This document shows, piece by piece, positions 36,020-47,932 of a DNA stretch of 49,834 nt. The notes beneath the pieces are model-generated. The model saw only the letters and a list, made by a program, of their open reading frames with translations. It was not told the origin of the DNA and ran no database searches. Source of the stretch: Mayamaea pseudoterrestris (taxonomy: Eukaryota); the NCBI GenBank assembly GCA_027923505.1, contig BROI01000014.1:868001-917834 (forward strand). The letters are read 5' to 3'. Made by a program: the position numbers and the translations under genes. Position 1 is the first letter of the stretch. Every line of letters starts with the position of its first letter.

Positions 36020-37775
36020 CATGTTTGTTGTTGTTATGGGCCAATGCTTTGATCAGCTGAACCCGTTCCAGGCTTTGCCGCCATGTAGTATGCCATGGTG
36101 ACACTGAGCAGATTCAATAACTTGTTGGCAGTGCAACTCAAGTGGCACTTGAGACTGCCAGAATGGCCTGCCAATCTTGGAATACAAAGCTCATGGTGTT
36201 TATTATTGATTAGAATGCAAAGGCTTGTCATTTCAGGTGTGGAACCCTTCCCCCTGCTGCGAGACTCTGCACATTCAACCATTGGTCGAATGTGCCAGCA
36301 AGTCATCCTTTCTGGCTACAGGGACCATCAGCACAGCCTTCTGAGCCCTTCAATCCTTCTCCATTCATGTTTGTTGTCATGACGGGCCAATGCTTTGGTC
36401 AGCTGCACCCATTCCAGTCTTGGGTCATGTAGTATGCCATGGTGAGACTCACCAGATCCAACAACTTTTTGGCAGTGCAACTCAAGTGGCGCTTCTGCTG
36501 GTATGGCCTGCCAATCCTGGAATACAAAGCTCATTGTGATTATAGTTGATTAAAATGCAAAGGCTTGTCATTTCAGGTGTGGAACCCTCCCCCCTGCTGC
36601 AAGACCACACACATTCAACCATTGGTTGAATGTGCCAGCAAGTCATCTTGTCTGGCTACAGGGACCATCAGCACAGCCTTCTGTGCCCTTCAATCCTTCT
36701 CCAATCATGTTTGTTGTTGTGATGGGCCAATGATTTGATCAGTTGCACCCATTCCAGTCTTGGCCACCATGTAGATGCCATGGTAAGACTCAGCAGATCC
36801 AAGAACTTGTTGGCAGTGCAACTCAAGTGGCACTTCAGACTGCCAGAATGGCCTGCCAATCCTGGAAAACAACGCTCATGGTGTTCATAATTGATTAGAA
36901 TGCAAAGGCTTGTCATTTCAGCTGTGAAGCCCCTCCCCCTGCCATGAGACTCCGCACATTCAACCATTGGTTGAATGTGCCAGCAAGTCATCCTTTCTGG
37001 CTACAGGGACCATCAGCACAGCCTTCTGAGCCCTTCAATCCTTCTCCATTTATGTTTGTTGTCATGACGGGCCAATGCTTTGGTCAGCTGCACCGATTCC
37101 AGTCTCGGGTCATGTAGTATGCCATGGTGAGACTCAGCAGATCCAACAACTTGTTGGCAGTGCAACTCAAGTGGCACTTCAGACTGCCCAAATGGCCTGC
37201 CAACCCTGGAAAACAAAGCTCATGGTATAATTGATTAGAATACAAAGGCTTGTCATTTCAGGTGTGGAACCCTTCCCCCTGCTGCAAGACTCCGCACATT
37301 CAACCATTGGTTGAATGTGCCGGCAAGTCATCCTTTCTGGCTACAGGGACCATCAGCACAGCCTTCTGAGCCCTTCAATCCTTCTCCATTCATGTTTGTT
37401 GTCATGACGGGCCAATGCTTTGGTCAGCTGCACCCATTCCAGTCTTGGCTGCCATGTACTATGCCATGGTGAGACTCAGCAGATCCAAGAACTTGTTGGC
37501 AGTGCAACTCAAGTGGCACTTCAGACTGCCAGAATGGCCTGCCAATCCTGGAAAACAAAGCTCATGGTGTTTATAATTGTTTAGAATGCAAAGGCTTGTC
37601 ATTTCAGGTGTGGAACCCTTCCCCCTGCCGCGAGACTCCGCACATTCAACCATTGGTTGAATGTGCCAGCAAGTCATCCTTTCTGGCTACAGGGACCATC
37701 AGCACAGCCTTCTGAGCCCTTCAATCCACCTCCATTCATGTTTGTTGTCATGACGGGCCAATGCTTTGGTCAGTT
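36020..37775. repeat. ~343-bp tandem satellite, about 5 copies, alternating A/B variants
   Basis: Marker gggaccatcagcacagcc at 36321, 36661, 37006, 37346 and 37692 (periods 340/345/340/346). Confidence 0.95.
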
Positions 37776-38062
37776 TCAGCTCAGCAGCCCGTACCATGAT
37801 GTGACTGGTGTTCCAAGTACCGCTCCGACGGTCATTTTTCACACGATTGAAACCTCACCTAGGGATACACTCGCGGCGCGCGCAGTCTTTTCCCTCCCAA
37901 GCGGAGGGACGAGTTTGACTTTTGTGACCGACCGACAGCGACCATCGTTTCGTTCCTTCCTTCGATCCTCCTACTCCGACCGTCCAATTGCTCCACCTTC
38001 ACATGCCAAGGGATCAAGGGGACGACGACTCGCAGCAAAAGAACAAGACTAATAATAGACGA

Positions 38063-39743
38063 ATGAATCTGCAACTAATCTTCAAGTCATGGAAGGGATC
38101 CAAGGAGTTTGGATTGGCGCAGGCGCAAGTCACTTTGATTCTAGCACTCGCTTGGCTCGGGAATAACTTTCCAAAGTCGTATCCTCGCAATGACAATCAT
38201 AACATGTTCATGTTTTATGTGATGAATGCAGCGTTCGTTGTGGCGGGCTTGGTGACGCTTCATCATGATGCGCAAGGCTCGTCGCGAGGAGTGCAGCTGC
38301 TGAGTCGACCGCAAACGGAGGAGTGGAAGGGATGGATGCAGTGGGCCTTTATCATGGTGAGTCGAATGTGAATATTGTTAGTGTTAGTGTCGTATGGCAT
38401 GCGGTTCGGGGCTCGACAGTGTCGTGTGCTGCTTTTTGACGCGCCTCTTCTTTTGTCTCCATCGTTCATCTCACATGCACTTATATATACAGTACCACTA
38501 CTACAGAGCTTACAGCGTCTACAATGAAATTAGAGTCTTTGTATCAGCCTACGTTTGGATGACGGGCTTTGGAAACTTTTTATAGTACGTACATGCAATA
38601 GCGTAATGGTGTTTTGTCGAATCGACCCCTCATCGTTTCGACGACGGCCGAATAATCGGATTTGACCATTGTCTTAATTTTCAACGATCCCTATTCCTCT
38701 ACTTTTTTAGTTTCGACAAGAAGCAAGACTTTACCTTTGAGCGAGCCGTCAGCATGTGGCTCCGCATCAACTACTTTCCGCTACTGCTCAGTTTCTTTTT
38801 GGGCGTCAAGCTGGAGCTTTACTACGTTGTTCCACTGCATACCGCTGGGTTCTTTATTACCATGATTACCTGCTACGTGGCAAAGAAGTTGGAATCAGTC
38901 AAACCAACATGGAGTCATGACTATCGAACAGCCATTGCCATTGCCGCTTGCGGAGTGGCGCACGTTGTCTTTTACGAAACGTCGGCTGTCAATTTTCTAA
39001 AAGTCTTTTCCGACGAATACTTTTTCCGCTTCCAGTCGGACAAGTATTCGGCCTTTGTTGGTATCATGTCCGGTTTCTTTTGGGACAAGTTCAAAACCTA
39101 CATGAAGTGGGCCTTTAACGACGATCACGACCATGAGGCGGATCCCGCGCTGCACCAAAAGATTACGGCGTCGCGGTGGGCGCAGCGAGTCGGCGGCGTG
39201 GGATTAATGGCGGCTTGGTACTTGCTGTTTGGGCATATACAAGACAAGTATACCTACAATCCGATTCATCCATTTGTCTTTTGGATGCCCATTGCGGGTT
39301 GGTTAATGGTCCGCAACTCGAGCAAGTGGTTGACGGAGGTGCATTGCGGAGTCATGGAGTTTTTCGGTCGCATTACGCTTGAAACATATGTGTTGCAGTT
39401 TCATTTATTCATGTGTCGGGATGTTCAGCACATTCCTATTGTCATTCCTGGGTCTGGACCGGATGGACCGTTGTTCTTGAGGACGCTCAACATGCTCTTT
39501 TGCGGATGCATCTTTGTTGGAACAGCATGGTGGGCGCGACGAGTCACGGTTTCAACGCAAACGACAGTCACGGAACTGGTGGGACTGCTCATGAATGGAG
39601 GTCCAATAGGGGCGTCGTCGACGAATGGCGACGACCATGACGAAGGCGTCGCGCTTACCAAGCCGACTAGCCCGGGTGCGGCATCTCTTAACAACGACGC
39701 GCCGACGATTGACAGCAGCGGCAAAAAGATGCAGGAAGTTTGA
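38063..39743 (+). CDS. Cas1p/CASD1/RWA-family multi-TM O-acetyltransferase (Cas1_AcylT domain); exons 38063-38356, 38493-38584, 38711-39743 (alternative ATG at 38003)
   Basis: [14 protein letters not shown]...YHYY...[25 protein letters not shown] and [15 protein letters not shown]. Introns 38357-38492 and 38585-38710 are GT..AG and restore the frame. Confidence 0.92.
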
Positions 39744-41455
39744 TTCGCTAATAAAGAGATTGTTACATTATTTGTATAGCGGTTGGTATAATAAGTATTA
39801 GCCGCCGAGTTCCGGTCGCGGGTCGGATAGTTTGGATATCATAGAAGCTCCACACTACCGGTGGACAAGTCACGCTACGTAAAACTTTCAACGAAAGCAA
39901 CCGACGTCAACTGGCTCGAGTACATCCAGCCTCTTTCTCGGCGCGCCGATAGTCATTCCACCCAAAGGCCTATACACGTTTGCGCTTCTCTGTCACCCGC
40001 AGCAGGCGCGGCAAAAGAGGCAGCACGTCAAACTCATACTTCCGGAGTAAAGTATTCTAACTCTGCAACGTCGATCCCCTGAATTGCGGCGATAAACAAG
40101 TGAAAAAGTCGTGACCGACTCTGCCTCCAGCCCGCTTGGTGATCAACTCTCCATCTTGAGTCGCAGCAATCCTTTTTGATTCGCTGCAGCAGAGTCTGTC
40201 ACTCTCCACTTTGGATCGCAGTCGTAGGAAATGACTAGCACTGACGATTTAATTGAGCACCTTGTTTCCACTACCGGTAAAACATCAGAAGACAATAGTG
40301 CCCTCTAAACGTCGTGCCAGGGGACAGAATGAGCATTCGAAGTGTGGCAGTGTGACCTTTAATGTTAGTCGCAAGGTCCACGTTAAGCGCCCATGCCACA
40401 CACTTCCACCACGAGCCAGCGCCAAGCAAAGCTGAATGAGTCTCATCATCCGACAATCTTCGTCAGTTTCAATAGCTGCATGTTGGTTCCATTGAAATTA
40501 AGCTTGGAAATGACGTTCCAAAAGGCTTGCATCGGGACGCCGAACACCAAAACCTTCTTTCCAAAGCGCACGCTTGACGCTCTACTGCGAGCCCACTAAT
40601 GAATCGTACACAATTCAAGTTCCATCTCGATAGAACTCAACAAGTCTCCACTGCAACGCCATACTGATAGCTTGTCGAAGAGTGCTGTTGCTTGCACTTG
40701 CAGCCAATACTCATGCGGTGAATTGTCAAGTCGCGCGTCAGAGATGGATCTCAAGCAGTTGCTCTAGCGTAAATTCATTTTGCAGACTCGATTGTCAAAC
40801 TTGTATTGACTGTAAAATGATTTGATAAACGGTTTGGCATGGCAGCGTGCGGCAAGTAGGTGCACGGTGAAACGTCGATGGCCGACCGATTCAAGCATCC
40901 GAACCAGGGACTCCTCGAGCATCTCGACAAATATTTGCCTTGCTGATTGTAATTGTGACTTGATCTCTCGGTGTCTCGGCATGAGCTTGCCAGTGACTAC
41001 TATTTCCGTTCGAATGAAAGGTGATGATTGAGAGCTTAGATTCTTCAAAGCAAGAGAAAACATTGTCGAATTTGACCAAAGAAGCTCATGGAGTCTTGAA
41101 GCGCAAATCGAGAAAAGAGGGAGGGAGCGAGATGGCGTTCCATTCCCAATCTGATTTTGCCGTTTACGTAATCAACGGTTCCATCCAAGATGCAAAAGAT
41201 CAGGGGTCATCATCCAGGAGGTGCTGCTACTGGTTAGTGGTTCCCTTGAGCAGCAAATGTCGCCGGCATCAAATGGTAAACGGCGCTCATTGTGGCGTTT
41301 GCAAATGGAGATGGTGCTTGCGTGTAAGAGGCGATCGCCGACATTGTTGCATCGACATGAATGAATGTGATGTGTGGCACGACGAATGAAGAGCACCCCT
41401 GCGTCGTGCTAGTGAGACAGTGTACAAGGCCCCAATCCACGCCACCTCACGGAGC

Positions 41456-41528
41456 GGTCTTATAGTGTAGTTGGTTATCACAGCGGGTTCTGATTCCGCT
41501 AACCCGAGTTCGAATCTCGGTAAGACCT
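41456..41528 (+). tRNA. tRNA-Gln (anticodon CUG)
   Basis: GGTCTTATAGTGTAGTTGGTTATCACAGCGGGTTCTGATTCCGCTAACCCGAGTTCGAATCTCGGTAAGACCT folds into a cloverleaf and is followed by a T-run. Confidence 0.93.
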
Positions 41529-41931
41529 TTTTGTTGGTCAGTAGGAGAATCTTTACATGCAACTGTTTCTTATCACGCTTATGTAGACCATGTGCCCACT
41601 GTCGAAATTAAATCCTCGTCTACCGTAGGCCTCCCAGACAATCATTATTTTGTGGCAAAGGAACAATAGCTGATGACGCGCGACGACAAGCCGTCGCTCC
41701 GGTTTTGCGTTTCGATCGATTTCCGGTTCGACCACATCACCATGGCGGACTCATCGGTTGACGCGAGAAAACTGGAGAAGACGGTCGAATCGCCGCAAAA
41801 CCTTGATGCAATAAGACTGACTCGCGCAATGGATTGATTGCAGGTAGCAAATAGCTCGATACAACTACTGCAAGTACTCGAGGGACGCGCGTCAGAATCT
41901 CATTCAGACTCATTATTCGTCAGCAATCAGC

Positions 41932-43569
41932 ATGCTTCCAATTCCATCCTTTGACGGCTTGAACATTGCTTCGGCACGCATCCCTCCGCCCAGCGAGCGA
42001 CCCAAGGGTTCCACGGTACGAAGTACATTCGGACAGCAGGTCCTCTGGCTTGAATACAATGATGAAACGAACAGTCAGGCATCTGGAGATGAAAATGGAA
42101 CGAACAGTCACAGCAACAGCAGCGGTCGACATTTGGAGGCAGAGGTTTTGGAACCCTATCGCTTGCAGGGAGACGAGCCGATTGATAATATATTGAAACT
42201 CTTGGATGAGGAAGACAAGCGACTCAAAGCAGGCGACGATTTGCTTGATCGGATAGACGAAACAGTCAAACTGATGGAAGACATGAATCATGATGAATCA
42301 GCCAGCAGCAAAAACAAACTGTCGCCATCTCAAGTCGCCATGCTACAATTCCACAAGACATACTCCAAGCTTCCATCATGGGTCGATTTGACGCAACTGC
42401 AGCTTGGCCAGCAAGTCTTTTGCGCCTACGCTGGACCAATGGCGCTCTCACTCTACTATCGCAGCTTGGTGCCTGGCTTTTCGCTGCCGCGCATCGCTTC
42501 CGTCCTCGAAGCGACGCGCTATTTGGCGCCGCCATCCACACCAAACCAAGTCATGGCGCGATTGACGGACACGGGCGCCATGCTGGCCATTTGCGCAAGC
42601 AATAGTGTCGATACGCTGCTGGCCAATGGCGAAGGATGGAAAACGACGTTGCGCGTCCGCGTGCTGCACGCCAAGGTGCGCAAATCACTCTTGGCGAATC
42701 TCAAGTGGAACGTTTCAAAGCTTGGCGTTCCCATCAACCAGGAGGATACCGCGGCCACGCTACTGGCCTTTTCCATGAACGCCATGCTTGGCATTGAAAT
42801 GATACTTGGGTTTCCGTTGCCTCGCAAGGAGCAACTTGCCTACTTGGCGTATTGGCGGTATTTGGGATGGCTGCTGGGCGTGTCGACGCAGGAGGATGAG
42901 GTCGTAGATACAAGCAACAGCGATGGCAACAGTACAGACCTTTGTCCACTTGATCCATGTGGGCCTGGTTGGATTGTTAGCATGCCGGATCCGATGGAGC
43001 ACGCCAAGGCTGTCTTTGCGTCCATTGTCTTTCACCTGATGCATCCCAACGAAAAGTCGGTCAAGATTGCGCATTACTTGCTTGGCGTCGGATACGGGCG
43101 GAAGCGAAGCAGCGCTGACAAGGATGCTGCGGCCAACACGACGATTATGACGCATAATAATTGGTTCTACTATCGCGCCATGCAGTGTCGACGATTTATC
43201 GGCAATCCATTGGCCGATGCATTGGAGCTACCCAAACATCATCCACAGTGGTGGACAGACATTTGGCTACACATAATTGGATATTTATATTTGGTGTTTA
43301 TGCGGTTGTACATACTGGCTTGTTTGCCATACTCGCCGTTGCGCAACATGCTTGTCAAGCTTCACAAGCGACAGCTGCATCGATTCATCGACAGCTATTG
43401 GAAGGAAGATCATTCCAAGCGCATGGGCACGGATCCCAACAAAACCAAGGATGCCGCCAATGGTGGCGAGTCGAAGGCGTTAAAGGCAGAATCAACGTCG
43501 AAACCAGTGTCAATGTGCCCATTCGCCATGGTGTCGCCACCGAACTTGGAAGACGACAAATTGAAGTAG
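41932..43569 (+). CDS. ER-bound oxygenase MpaB / latex-clearing protein (Lcp) catalytic-domain family protein
   Basis: PSWVD...GQQVF...SLVPGFS...RLTDT...GEGWKTTLRVRVLHAKVR...WNVSKLGVPINQEDTAATL...YWRYLGWLLGV. The RVxHAxVR and PINQED motifs are typical of this family. Confidence 0.82.
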   Translation: MLPIPSFDGLNIASARIPPPSERPKGSTVRSTFGQQVLWLEYNDETNSQASGDENGTNSHSNSSGRHLEAEVLEPYRLQGDEPIDNILKLLDEEDKRLKAGDDLLDRIDETVKLMEDMNHDESASSKNKLSPSQVAMLQFHKTYSKLPSWVDLTQLQLGQQVFCAYAGPMALSLYYRSLVPGFSLPRIASVLEATRYLAPPSTPNQVMARLTDTGAMLAICASNSVDTLLANGEGWKTTLRVRVLHAKVRKSLLANLKWNVSKLGVPINQEDTAATLLAFSMNAMLGIEMILGFPLPRKEQLAYLAYWRYLGWLLGVSTQEDEVVDTSNSDGNSTDLCPLDPCGPGWIVSMPDPMEHAKAVFASIVFHLMHPNEKSVKIAHYLLGVGYGRKRSSADKDAAANTTIMTHNNWFYYRAMQCRRFIGNPLADALELPKHHPQWWTDIWLHIIGYLYLVFMRLYILACLPYSPLRNMLVKLHKRQLHRFIDSYWKEDHSKRMGTDPNKTKDAANGGESKALKAESTSKPVSMCPFAMVSPPNLEDDKLK

Positions 43570-44683
43570 TCGAAGGTACAATTGTTTATAAATCAACTTG
43601 CATTTGTGAAAAATGAACAATTGTAAATGGCTATAAAATACTTTTCTTGTGCGTTAGAAGTCTGTTTTCATCTCCCTTGCCAGCTCGCCAGCACGTGTTT
43701 CGATACGTCGGACTACATGTACCCCTCCCGACTACCGGTAGCCACTTTTCAGCTTCTCCTTGGATCTCTCCGTTGCAACGTTGGATTGGCTCTTTTCGTG
43801 GAGAGGAGGACCTATGATGCCACCCTTGCGCTAGCGCTTAGTGCCTTTTTTCGCCGCAAAGCTGCTGGTCGCCGTCAAAAGACGACGATTGTCCACGACG
43901 ACAGATCGCGTCATTTTCTCAAGATATCCAAGGTGTCCATCGCCCATCGCCCATCTCCCATCGCAATGCTCGACAATGTAATCATGGTTGATGACGCTTT
44001 TGCACTCGTACTCTCTAGTGCTGTCGCGGGAAACTTATTTTAACTCGCATAAACCCTTCACAGGCATCTTTGATGATTACTGTATCGGAGAATCTGCAAA
44101 CCGGGGCGTCGACGAGCTGGTGTCGATTGTGTAAATCAAATGAATGATCGAGACTAAAATGTCAAGGCGATGTCTGGACGCCAGTTTCCAGTGGCAGAGG
44201 CACGTTCGCACGACTGATTCGCAGTCATAATGACTTATGCCTTCATTCCAAAACTACTGCCCCCTACGCTTAAAAGTCGCATCTGTGACCGAATCACGAC
44301 GATCTGACAGCTACACGTCATTAGCGTCCGAAAGACGCGTCGAGGGCACATAGAATTGCTCGCTAGTTATAGGCATCGGGTAGTCATTTATATGACGTCG
44401 AATATTGCCTGGACCCACGTGCAGTGTCACAAATGTTTCCAGTCGTCTGTCTGGCTATGTAAACGCTGTCGTGCGTGGTGGTAAAGAATGTCAATGGTTT
44501 TTCACTCATATGAACCAGTTCGTAGCAGTTTCGCCGCAAAAGACGCTTTTACTATAGCCTCGATCGTTGCCACTGATTCCTTTGCCGATTCGCGTGATTC
44601 GGAGCAATTCGTTTCGGCTACATCGATGACAAGTTGCCTCACAACTTCTTTCACGACTTCCCAAACTTTCAGCGGCCATCAAG

Positions 44684-45043
44684 ATGATTCTTGGAATGAT
44701 TATTACCATCCCTCACGAGGAGCCGAGCAATGTGACCTCCTTGGCGCCTCGGCGTCGGCGACGTCAACGCCAGCAGCAGGAGGTGCTTCCTGCATCCGTT
44801 TCCAGCTGCAGCATGTCTATGTCGTCCATGCGCGATGCCAGTCCTCGACTACCACGACGAACCGTCGACCTGGACGTTTCGCCCACCATGCCCATTCGAA
44901 GGAGCTACTCTTACGATGAACCAAGAACCTCCAGAAGAACCAACCAGTCCAAGACAATGGAATGCAGCTCGAGCAGCTGCGATGTCGTCGTATTGGATCA
45001 GCGACGCATGAGTCTAGCCAGTGTTGCCGCAAGGACGGCTTGA
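44684..45043 (+). CDS. Small hypothetical protein with DxSPxxPxRR motifs
   Basis: 119-aa ATG ORF with DASPRLPRR and DVSPTMPIRRS, followed by an AT-rich 3' region. Confidence 0.5.
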   Translation: MILGMIITIPHEEPSNVTSLAPRRRRRQRQQQEVLPASVSSCSMSMSSMRDASPRLPRRTVDLDVSPTMPIRRSYSYDEPRTSRRTNQSKTMECSSSSCDVVVLDQRRMSLASVAARTA

Positions 45044-45615
45044 TTTGGCACAGTTTTGAAGCGAAAATGCAATTTTGTTAAATTACACGTAACATGAACA
45101 TACTATTAACGTTATGCGTCATTATACTCCAGCCTTATGCGTACATACACTTATGCATATTCGTAGCTGCTACCTGGTTTATTGTCGCCTTCGTGTCGCT
45201 GCAGCTTCACTAGTATTGTTGGAACTAATATTGCCAGCACCTTGCCATCAATCTAGTACATGAAGGAAGAATGCGAACAAGTAGGATACGTCATCTCACC
45301 ACGGAAAACCTATCGCATTCTTTCGTCGCAGGAAACGTTTGACTCCAATTGCAGACAATTTGGAGAGTGCAGAGAAGGAGTGACGGGTTGATTGCAATAA
45401 TCATGGTTGCGCGAACAGCAGCAACAGGAACCATATAGTCAATCGCGCCATAGCTACGGTTGGGTGGTTGCGCTGCGACATTCTGTCACACCTCCACGAC
45501 GGCGATGCAACTCACCATGGCATGGAGTCGCATGGAATGGCCATGACACGCAACGTTCGACTTGTGCATCTTGAGTAGCATCACAATGATACGAATCTTC
45601 TCTCGTTAGTTTTCG

Positions 45616-45825
45616 ATGATTAATCTGCCGCGAAAACAACGTTTGCTTTCCTCGCGTCGTGCTATCAACCATCGAAATGCAACTGCATCAAACAATGAGA
45701 AACAAACGACGACTCGTCGCGTTGCCATACTGCTAACTGGAGCATTCATGATGCTAGTCTTTTTCATTCTACGAGGGGATTCTACTTGGATGGCGATCAC
45801 CTCGATATTATTTGGCGACGGCGAC

Positions 45826-45866
<41 letters not shown>

Positions 45867-47475
45867 CAGGGTGAAACCCTACTCCGCAAGCCACACCAAA
45901 CGGAACAGACAAGACTCTCATAGAATTCATCAGACGCAGCAGCTCCATCACTATCTGTCAGCCATGGACTACCAGAGTCCACTGGAGCAATATCCTTCAC
46001 TTGCAGGCGAAGATGTTCCATTACCTCCGCCGCTCCAAGCCATGCAAACTTATATTCAGCAGCACAATCGTCACGTTGTCCTGAGCGAACTAGACGAGCT
46101 AACGCATGGACGACACCATCATCACACTCGACTATATACCATTGCCTACATGAGCTGCCCCCACTCGGCTGGAAACTGGCTGCACTACTTTACGTCAACG
46201 GTCAATTGGGCCATGCTCATGAATCGCACCTTGCTATTTAAATACATGGATAGTCACGAATGCAACGCCATTCGCGGCAGCATGGAATGGAAGTTTGAAT
46301 CGAGTCGATGTCAAACACCGTCAATCAATACTGAACAAGACTGTTTCTCGCATATATTGACACGAGCCAGTTGGTTGCCACGGTACGACGACGTGGCGAG
46401 TCGTCTCAGTTGGACGGATCAAACCTTGCATCGCATTCCTCGACTAGCCACCACGGACAATGTCGAGCGGCAGCGTGTCTACAGCAATGGACAGCAGCCG
46501 CCACCAGCGCTTGACAATCACTCGTACTACGCGCAGTTTCCACTCGTGACCATGTATCCGTGGCTCAAGCGGCTGTCGCATTTGCAGGAGCAACCAAACG
46601 CGCGCATGCGGCAGCTGCAGCATCAAGAGACGCGCAGCTATCTGACGCAGCACTTGTACGCGTGGGGCGTTCCGTTCTTCAACGGCATGGTGCTGCGCAG
46701 CTGCTACGACTTTGCGCCAAACGTCAAGCAGAAGGTGCGAGCTACACTGGTAAAGCATGACTTGTTGTTGCAAAATGGCAGTCATGGCTCGCTCAATGAC
46801 GATACGTTTTCCATTGTGTTGCATTCACGACATGTGGACCACAATAATGCAGGTTGCATGGTGGAGCGCGAGCAGGCGTGTCTAGAGGCAATGTTGCAGC
46901 AGCAGTCGAATGTAAACGCGTCGACAGCAACAGTCCCTTGCTCCGTTACGATTTTGTCGGATCGTCTTTGCACCATTAATAATCTTAAAGTTTGGCTCAA
47001 GCATGGTCGAGGTAGTGGCAGCCCGGCATGTCGAGTCATTGTGGCGGAACATGAAGGTTCGGCCTTGGTCAGCAACACTTCCGCAAAACACTCGAAAGCG
47101 TTCTACGACTCGATCTTATCGGAGCACGGTCCATTCTCCGACGCTGACTTTTTTGTGGATTTACTGCTCGCAAGCCTCACAGCCCGGCATGGCATGATTG
47201 GTGAGCTGGAACCGCGGGATGGCAATCGTTGGAGAACGTCGTCAGAGCTTGTGGAAGACTTGGTAGCCTACTCGCGCATGATGGAGTATTGGCAAGCGAA
47301 TCATGGAACGTCCGGTAAATATGGCTCCACAAGCGAATTCAATTCGCCAATGGATGCATTTCTGGAGTGTACATTGGCGGACGCAAATCTTTGGAAGCGA
47401 TCGTCCGAAACGGATTCGTCATCCGGCGATCGGTCGTCAACCTCGTCTGGACCCCTCAAGGTTGCAATACTGTAA
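45616..47475 (+). CDS. Type II membrane protein, fucosyltransferase-superfamily-like
   Basis: Basic N-tail, one TM segment (VAILLTGAFMMLVFFIL) and a Ser stem. Luminal motifs CPHSAGNWL, IVLHSRH, VTILSDR and DLLLASL..GMIG..TSSEL follow the order of alpha-1,2/1,6/O-FucT motifs. Confidence 0.65.
45828..45864. repeat. (AGC)n microsatellite encoding poly-Ser
   Basis: About 12 AGC units in frame within the 45616-47475 ORF. Confidence 0.9.
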
Positions 47476-47932
47476 GTATGCATCATGCTGGCGGCGACAG
47501 GCACGACGAGATGTCAGTCATGTATGTGCTCCACTAATATACTCTTACACATCCGTTCGTGCTTGCTGACTTTGGCGCAGCCCTCAAACATCTTTGGGGA
47601 AGACGTAGCTGCCCACTTGGCGGCCGCATTATCGCTCTTTCATTGGCTTATTCGAAATCGTCGTCATCATAATATACAAACGTCAACCTGAACATTTGAT
47701 TGCCACTTACCTCGCAAAGCCTCCTCCTACCGTAGACGGCTGTCCAGCATATCGATGTCATCGTCAAGCGCTACAGATACTGTAGTACTAATAATGGCGA
47801 TTAATTAATAACATAAATAGAACGCTAACCAACGCTAACCGATTACCTCCTTTAAACAAACCACTCATACTTCCTTCTGACCAAACACTTATGCACTATT
47901 CTGCTATAGTCTATCGTCGCCACTAATCTCGT

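Noticed and set aside
23342..37775. 5S rDNA, snRNA or tRNA tandem array
   Set aside because: No recognisable 5S or snRNA sequence, Pol III B-box or cloverleaf in either monomer.
21555..39743. CRISPR array plus a 'Cas1' gene
   Set aside because: The arrays have no unique spacers, since every unit is homologous along its whole length. The neighbouring Cas1p-family gene is a membrane O-acetyltransferase unrelated to CRISPR Cas1, and the context is eukaryotic.
39800..41400. Gene in the region between the acetyltransferase and tRNA-Gln(CUG)
   Set aside because: Only short ORFs with no recognisable motifs or convincing splice pattern. Left unannotated.
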